A stretch of DNA of 63,817 bases, the filler included, from an uncultured bacterium (GTDB lineage Bacteria > DAOPZR01): NCBI GenBank assembly GCA_964637655.1. It is 5 parts of 5 records of this genome, joined end to end, with 100 filler letters (N's around TTAATTAATTAA, not from the genome) between each part and the next. Parts side by side here need not be neighbours in the genome. Positions count along the whole stretch, not along the records: positions 51,521 to 63,817 come from CAZWUZ010000098.1; 4 more parts are not named here. One strand, given 5' to 3'. Positions 58,075 to 63,817 of this stretch are shown one piece after another (position 1 is the first letter of the stretch; the number at the start of each line of letters is the position of its first letter). Both the position numbers and the translations under genes were made by a program. The notes under the pieces were generated by a model. The model saw only the letters and a program-made list of their open reading frames with translations. It ran no database searches and was not told the origin of the DNA.

Positions 58075-60069
58075 TTATGCCCGGATCTTGTCGATAATGC
58101 GCCTCAGCCAGCTCCGCTTGATGCCCAGCCATGCAGTGAACTCATCCGGGTTCTCGATTTCGAGGTGATGCCCGTATGCCTTATGCTTGATGTGCTGCGG
58201 CAGCAGCGCCTCATATTCCCGGATTCCGCCCATCCGTTCCTCGAAATCCACAAATATCTGCGAGCCCTGGAACCGCATCCGGCAACAGCGCACCTCGTTC
58301 AGCGCCTTGAGCCAGCGCTGCCGACCACGATCCAGTGTCTTCTCCAGTGGCTCGTCGAGATAGTAGTCGGGCCGCCGGCGACCGCTCAGGTCATAGAGTT
58401 CGCGCCAGACCGCACGCGCCAGGTGCAATTCATCGTCACCCGGCTCTTCGCTGTCGCTCAGCAGTTCGAGGTAGCGCAAGGCAAACCAGCGGAAGATGTT
58501 GTTGGGTGCAGCGATAATCCGGTTGAGTTCAACCTTCGTCGCGTTCGTCGATTCGAACTTCACGTCGAACTCGATCCACCGCACCCGGGTGGCGAACCAG
58601 TCAGGCAGGTTCAGCCCGTGGTTGGTCGACATCACCATGAGCGGGAACTTCCGCCCGGGCCGCCACCAGTGCTCCCAGTATTCCTTGACTATCGGTTCGA
58701 GACGCTTGTGGTCCCGCGGAATGTCATCGAATACCAGCGGGAACATCGTGTCCGTGCATAGTTGTCGCTCGATGTTCTTCTTCCGCGCGTCCTGCTGGCC
58801 TGAAAGCGCCTGCAGCGGCTGCCCGGCGATCAGCGAGAGCACGTAGTTGAGGAACGTGGTCTTGCCGTTGGAAGACTCCCCGAAAATGAACACGTGGCGC
58901 GGGCCGCGGCTGTCCACCAGCCCGAAGCGACTGCGGCGGCGTTCCATCTCCTCACTGGCGAACGGGGCCGCGAGTATTGCCAGCAGCGCTTCGCCCATGC
59001 TTGCCTGGACCTGCTCCGGGGCCGGTGACCGCCCGAAGCGCACGGTATCCATATACGATTCGAGCAATTCGAGGTCGCCTGCCAAGACGGCATTGTCGAT
59101 CTTCTCAGCAGCGCGCGGAACGATGGAGCCATGTAGACACAGGTCCAGCCGCCGGTTGTTGATGTCGGCCCGCATCAGTGGCACACCGGTATATTGTTGA
59201 AGGGCTTTGAGGGAAGAATGGTCCATGGTCAGCGTCGTGTCGGTGACGTGGCGCGGGCGCAGCACATCGTGCAGGAACTTCTGGACTTTCGTCCGCTGCT
59301 TCTCGTCCTTGGGCAACGTGTAGTTGATGCGCACCTGCCTGGTCTCGGGCGGCGCCGATTCCGCATCGACCACCAGCGTAATCTTGCGGAACTCCTCGAA
59401 CATGTCCCCGGATACCTGCGCCAGGACCTCGCCGATCTCACCACCCGGCATGCTGTCCGGAGCGCTCTTGACGAGGAACCCCTGAATCCGTTCTTCAACT
59501 ACCGCGTCGCTGGTTTCCTTCCCATCGGGAAACAACTGCGCGAGGTCATCCTTGAATTCCGTGCACCCGCGCAGGGCGCAGTGCTTCGCGAAGTCGCTCA
59601 TAGCCTGAATATAAAACGGATGGCCAATGGGGACATCGGCATACCACAGGTAGTTCATCTGCTTCGGGGCTTCACGCGCTGTCTTGGTCAAGTTGAGCGA
59701 GCCGTTGATTATCCGTGCCCGCCCTTCATGCTCGAGAATATAGAACTTGCTATGGATGACCCCGAGCGACGGCACGAGCACGCGCAGCGCGCCAGCCTCG
59801 CACTTTTCGTGCAGCTGCCGCAGCACGTCAACCTGTTGTGGGATGCTGTCGTGAAATTGCTCGGCGAGCGAGTCGCCTACCAGCAGTTCAATTGTGGTGT
59901 AGTTCTTTTCGGTGAACATGTCGAGCAACACTTCGGGCGAAATGACATAGCTGATAGCCCGTAGGGTGGTGAACCCCGCGAACAAGCGCTCGAAATCGGT
60001 CCTGCTGCGTAAGACAACGCTGCGAATTACCAGCGGTTCATCCAGCTCCAGTGTCCCTTGTCGTGCCAT
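58075..60069 (-). CDS. PLD (HKD)-nuclease domain fused to a C-terminal P-loop NTPase
   Basis: IHSKFYILE...IINGSLNLT (PLD nuclease motif); FGESSNGKTT Walker A and LVFDD Walker B; GGAGGAG RBS. Confidence 0.8.
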   Translation of the reverse strand: MARQGTLELDEPLVIRSVVLRSRTDFERLFAGFTTLRAISYVISPEVLLDMFTEKNYTTIELLVGDSLAEQFHDSIPQQVDVLRQLHEKCEAGALRVLVPSLGVIHSKFYILEHEGRARIINGSLNLTKTAREAPKQMNYLWYADVPIGHPFYIQAMSDFAKHCALRGCTEFKDDLAQLFPDGKETSDAVVEERIQGFLVKSAPDSMPGGEIGEVLAQVSGDMFEEFRKITLVVDAESAPPETRQVRINYTLPKDEKQRTKVQKFLHDVLRPRHVTDTTLTMDHSSLKALQQYTGVPLMRADINNRRLDLCLHGSIVPRAAEKIDNAVLAGDLELLESYMDTVRFGRSPAPEQVQASMGEALLAILAAPFASEEMERRRSRFGLVDSRGPRHVFIFGESSNGKTTFLNYVLSLIAGQPLQALSGQQDARKKNIERQLCTDTMFPLVFDDIPRDHKRLEPIVKEYWEHWWRPGRKFPLMVMSTNHGLNLPDWFATRVRWIEFDVKFESTNATKVELNRIIAAPNNIFRWFALRYLELLSDSEEPGDDELHLARAVWRELYDLSGRRRPDYYLDEPLEKTLDRGRQRWLKALNEVRCCRMRFQGSQIFVDFEERMGGIREYEALLPQHIKHKAYGHHLEIENPDEFTAWLGIKRSWLRRIIDKIRA

Positions 60070-60284
60070 CCCGTGCCATCCGTTCTCCTCCCATTCATCT
60101 GTGGGTATCCTGCACAGGGCAAAGCCCCGGTCTTACTCCAGGATATACAGCGGGTTTTGGGCTGGCGTTGCAGGCAGGCCCAACTCTTATGTATCTTGTT
60201 ATCTACCAAGTTGTTGTTGTGGTTATATGGCGTCCATGAATGTCAATAACACATTTTCCGCGGCGGTGTTTCATCGAATTGCTG

Positions 60285-63200
60285 TCACATCGAAAATGTC
60301 GCACCGCTAACATTGCCCGCGCTCAACTGCCAAACATGCTGGTAAACACGGTCGGCCGCCAGATTCTTATCCTGTTCGGTGAAGGGCGGCGTGGGCAGCG
60401 TCTGATAGAGATAGTCGAGAATCAGGACTTTGACTTCCGCCTGGGTCTGCTCTTTTTCTGTCCAGCGCTCCAGCGGCTCGATAAGTTTCTGGATCGACGC
60501 CAGGAGGTCCTTGCTCGCCAGCTTCACCCGCTCGCGGTCAGCCTTGGTCAGCTTTTCCTGCTTTAGCAGGTCGAACAGCGCCAGTTCGTCTTCCGTCAGC
60601 CCTTCTTCAACCGCGCGCCGCTGTTCAGCATCGAGGCTCCGCTGCAAGTCCATCAAGCGCGCGAAGGTTTCCTCAATAGTCACCCGGTCCTTTTCGCGGT
60701 TATAATCTGCGACGATACCCATATACTTCTTGTAGTAGTCCATCCGCTGCGGGTTGTGGCGCAGCATCATCGCCAGCTTATCCTCAACGATTTTGCGGAT
60801 GTCCTGGATCGCGGTCGACTTGTGCTTGACCTTCTTGGCAAACTCCTCACGCAGCCGGTCGAGGTCTATGGCACTCAGGTCGAACCGCGTGATCTCATCC
60901 TTCACACCAGCACCCGGCTTGACCGCTATCGCCGAATTGACGATGCGATGGAGTTCCTTGAGCAGTTCGGTGACGTCCGCGTTGTCGCGCCGCTCTTCCA
61001 GTTTCTTGTAGATTGCTTCGAGATTGTCGTGGCGTGCGGCATATTCATACGCTGACGGTTCCGTCACCAATGCCTTGAAGCGGATGAATACCTGCCGCGC
61101 CATGATCTCGAACCTGCGTTTCGTCTCGTCGCTGGTATACACAGCATTGACCGCGTCGGCGATCACCGCGATGCGATCGAAACCGGCGGCTCCGGTGAAC
61201 CGAGCCGCATCGAACCCGAGACTGAGTAAGTGCTTTTCCGCTTCTTCAATCGCCAACCGAAGCGCGCGCACCCGTTCCGCCAGCGGCGCGACAATCTCAT
61301 CCTGGCCGCCCGCTTCGTCACCAAGGGCATACTGCGCCAGCGCCTCGCGCAAACTCTTGAGCATCCCGTTGTAATCGACGATCAGGCCGAAGTCTTTGCC
61401 TGGATACACACGGTTGGCCCGCGCGATGGCCTGCATCAGCGTGTGCGCCTTCATCGGCTTGTCAATATACAGCGTCGAGAGGCACTCCACGTCAAAGCCG
61501 GTCAGCCACATCGCGCAAACGATGGCGATACGAAACGGATGGGCCGGGTCCTTGAAGGCAGTTTCCACGTCAACCCGACCATCCCCGACCTCGAACCCCT
61601 GCTTCATGCGGGCTCGGTGCGGTATAATGTCGAAATTCCACTTTTGGAAAGCAGCTACCTCGCCCTGCGCCTCGCTGATGATGATCTCGATGATGGTATC
61701 GTCCAGCCAGCGCGCCTGGCCGCGCATCACGTCCAGTTCCTGTTCTATACTGGCTTTCTGCAACTCATCGGTGCAATACGCCTGTTCCGCCTGTTTTATC
61801 CGGATTGCCTCTTCGAGACCGGCCAGTTTGACCTTCCAGCGCGGGATGATCAAGTTATACATCCGCGCACAAGTGATCTTATCGATGCAGACCAGCATTG
61901 ACTTGCCTGACTGCCAGCGCGCGACGCATTGCTCAACGAAATCGTCCGCTACGGCCTCTAACCGCTTATCAGCGGTGATGACCTCATAATCCTTGCCCAA
62001 CAGCTTTTCCAGCAGCGCTTCCTTGTCGGGATCGAGATCAGCCTGGGCAATAGCCGTGGAAATGCGGTCATTCAGGTCGAGCCGCTCGATGCCGAGTTTC
62101 TCCCCACGGTTATCGTAGACCAGTTTGACGGTCGCGCCGTCTTCTTCGGACCGCTTGAAGTCATAGCGAGAGACATAACTGCCGAAAATCCTCTTCGTGA
62201 GGTGGTCTTGCTTGAGTAGCGGCGTGCCGGTGAACCCAATGAACGCGGCATTAGGCAACGCCAGGCGCATGTTCCGGGCCAGTTTACCCGCCTGAGTGCG
62301 GTGTGCCTCGTCTGAAATGACGACTATGTCGTCCCGGGTGCTATATGGCTGCTTCGGGTCGACGTCCTGGTTGAACTTGTGAATCAGACTGAACACGTAA
62401 CGGTGGTTCTGCGTGAGCAGCGTCTTCAGCTCATCGCCCGAACCTGCGCGCGGCGTCTGGTTGTCCACCACGCCGCAACCGACAAAGGTCCGGTATATCT
62501 GGCTGTCAAGGTCGTTACGGTCCGTCATCAGCAAGAAGGTGAACTTGGCCGAGATCTGCCGGCGCACCTTCTCCGCGAAAAACGCCATCGAGTAGGATTT
62601 ACCGCTTCCCTGCGTATGCCAGAACACACCGAGCTTGCCAAGATCAGGGTGCGCGTTTTCGACCAGCGCCACCTTTTCCTTTTCGATGGGCCCCGATTCC
62701 TTCAGCGGGTCGGCATCCATCGCCTGCTCCACCGGCAGTTCAACCACACGATAAGCCAGCCGCTTGTCCGGCGGGAATTGCCGTTTCAGCACTTCCTGGC
62801 GTATTACCGACTCAACCGCGTTGTTCACGCCCAGAACCTGATGGTTGCGCGCGATGACCTTACGCGTCGCGCCCGGTTTGCTCGTATCGAACAGTATGAA
62901 ATTCTCCACCAGATCAAGCAGACGTTTGTGGTCAAGCATGCCATCGAGCAGAATCTGCGCGTCGATACCGCCTTTATCGCGCTCGTCACGCCGCTTCCAT
63001 TCAGCGAAGTGATCCCATTGACTGGTGATCGACCCGTAGCGCGCGCGATGACCGTTGCTCACGACGATAAACGCGTTGTGGTGGAAGGCATGCGCGATGA
63101 CATTTTCATCAATGTAATCTCGCAGGTTGTTGTCGAACCCGGCGCGGATGTTCTTATACACCGCCTTGAGCTCGATGAAGACCAGCGGCAGGCCGTTGAC

Positions 63201-63695
63201 GAAACAGACCAGGTCGGCGCGGCGGTTGTAGCCCGGCGCGCGGCGGCCAGTGATCTTGAGCTCGCGCACCGCGAGGAATCGGTTGTTGGGCTTGCCGTCT
63301 GCGCCTTTGCCGTTCTGGAAATCTATCACCCGCGCCCGGTCATGCTTCGGCTGATTGTCCGCGTCGCGGTATTCGACCGGCACACCGTCGCGGATGAACC
63401 GGTAGAATTCCTGGTTGTGTTGGATTAGCGAGCGCGAATAGTCGTAGCGGGTGATCGCGGCTACCGCTGCGTTGATCGCTGCCAGCGGCAGCTGCGGGTT
63501 GAGCCGCGTCAAGGCAGCGAGCAGATCCCGAACCAGCACTACCTCACGCGTATCGGCCCGCCCCAGTGTGCCGTCCGGCCCGAAGGTCTCGTCGTTCCAG
63601 GCATAAACGCTGTCCCAACCGAGCGCCTTTTCAAGATGCTCGGCGAAGGTCGCCTGCACCAGGCGGTCTTCGCTATTGATGTCAGTATATGCCAT
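60285..63695 (-). CDS. hsdR: Type I restriction enzyme R subunit
   Basis: RRADLVCFVNGLPLVFIELK nuclease, WHTQGSGKSYSM, SDEAHRTQ, FTGTP, MWLTGFD, MQAIARANR. Confidence 0.96.
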   Translation of the reverse strand: MAYTDINSEDRLVQATFAEHLEKALGWDSVYAWNDETFGPDGTLGRADTREVVLVRDLLAALTRLNPQLPLAAINAAVAAITRYDYSRSLIQHNQEFYRFIRDGVPVEYRDADNQPKHDRARVIDFQNGKGADGKPNNRFLAVRELKITGRRAPGYNRRADLVCFVNGLPLVFIELKAVYKNIRAGFDNNLRDYIDENVIAHAFHHNAFIVVSNGHRARYGSITSQWDHFAEWKRRDERDKGGIDAQILLDGMLDHKRLLDLVENFILFDTSKPGATRKVIARNHQVLGVNNAVESVIRQEVLKRQFPPDKRLAYRVVELPVEQAMDADPLKESGPIEKEKVALVENAHPDLGKLGVFWHTQGSGKSYSMAFFAEKVRRQISAKFTFLLMTDRNDLDSQIYRTFVGCGVVDNQTPRAGSGDELKTLLTQNHRYVFSLIHKFNQDVDPKQPYSTRDDIVVISDEAHRTQAGKLARNMRLALPNAAFIGFTGTPLLKQDHLTKRIFGSYVSRYDFKRSEEDGATVKLVYDNRGEKLGIERLDLNDRISTAIAQADLDPDKEALLEKLLGKDYEVITADKRLEAVADDFVEQCVARWQSGKSMLVCIDKITCARMYNLIIPRWKVKLAGLEEAIRIKQAEQAYCTDELQKASIEQELDVMRGQARWLDDTIIEIIISEAQGEVAAFQKWNFDIIPHRARMKQGFEVGDGRVDVETAFKDPAHPFRIAIVCAMWLTGFDVECLSTLYIDKPMKAHTLMQAIARANRVYPGKDFGLIVDYNGMLKSLREALAQYALGDEAGGQDEIVAPLAERVRALRLAIEEAEKHLLSLGFDAARFTGAAGFDRIAVIADAVNAVYTSDETKRRFEIMARQVFIRFKALVTEPSAYEYAARHDNLEAIYKKLEERRDNADVTELLKELHRIVNSAIAVKPGAGVKDEITRFDLSAIDLDRLREEFAKKVKHKSTAIQDIRKIVEDKLAMMLRHNPQRMDYYKKYMGIVADYNREKDRVTIEETFARLMDLQRSLDAEQRRAVEEGLTEDELALFDLLKQEKLTKADRERVKLASKDLLASIQKLIEPLERWTEKEQTQAEVKVLILDYLYQTLPTPPFTEQDKNLAADRVYQHVWQLSAGNVSGATFSM

Positions 63696-63817
63696 ATCTT
63701 TGCTTGGCACAGTATGTACAACCTCTTTGCCCCATCCCGCAAAGGTATATCCAGCTCTTGTTACATTTGGCGATGTTATAACCGTTCCGTAATAGAATTC
63801 ACCTTCCGTATAACTAT

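Overview
This window is not continuous DNA. It holds five GC-rich bacterial contigs of about 12.3-13.0 kb, in descending size order, joined by 100-nt N spacers that contain a TTAATTAATTAA linker (12954-13053, 25848-25947, 38692-38791, 51421-51520). Adjacency across spacers is meaningless, and the data look like a draft genome or MAG. Contig 1 has a sigma-54 activator divergent from a small-ORF/lnt-like/amidohydrolase operon, a 39-bp perfect inverted repeat carrying DnaA boxes, pfkB, a degenerate GAF-GGDEF gene, and rny-ymdB-spoVS-folD-ABC SBP-ispA-dxs-tlyA. Contig 2 has addA-addB, with three in-frame palindromic REP-like insertions in addB. These are followed by a defence locus: a C5-MTase remnant, a MORC/GHKL-histidine kinase fusion and a receiver-domain protein, converging on vsr, an EcoRII-like REase and dcm. 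Contig 3 has the end of glgC, an EamA gene, a wzm/wzt glycan-export cluster, tRNA-Phe, TolB-like, OmpA and VanZ genes, trpD-trpCF, a cyclophilin and gdhA. Contig 4 has a tyrosine-decarboxylase-like gene, nrdDG, a cyclophilin, GNAT and Fe-S genes, a large cNMP-domain protein, GT-C, SH3 and radical SAM genes. Contig 5 has a PPIase, folE, GT87, TPR-zinc ribbon, trmH, beta-propeller, HIT, MazG and tRNA-Val. After tRNA-Val is an island with a serine-recombinase remnant, an uncharacterised PLD-nuclease/P-loop NTPase fusion and a type I HsdR. The best candidates for novel biology are the PLD-NTPase gene, the MORC-HK/REC module with its lost MTase, the translated palindromes in AddB and the DnaA-box inverted repeat. 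All calls come from reading motifs by eye; no database search was run.
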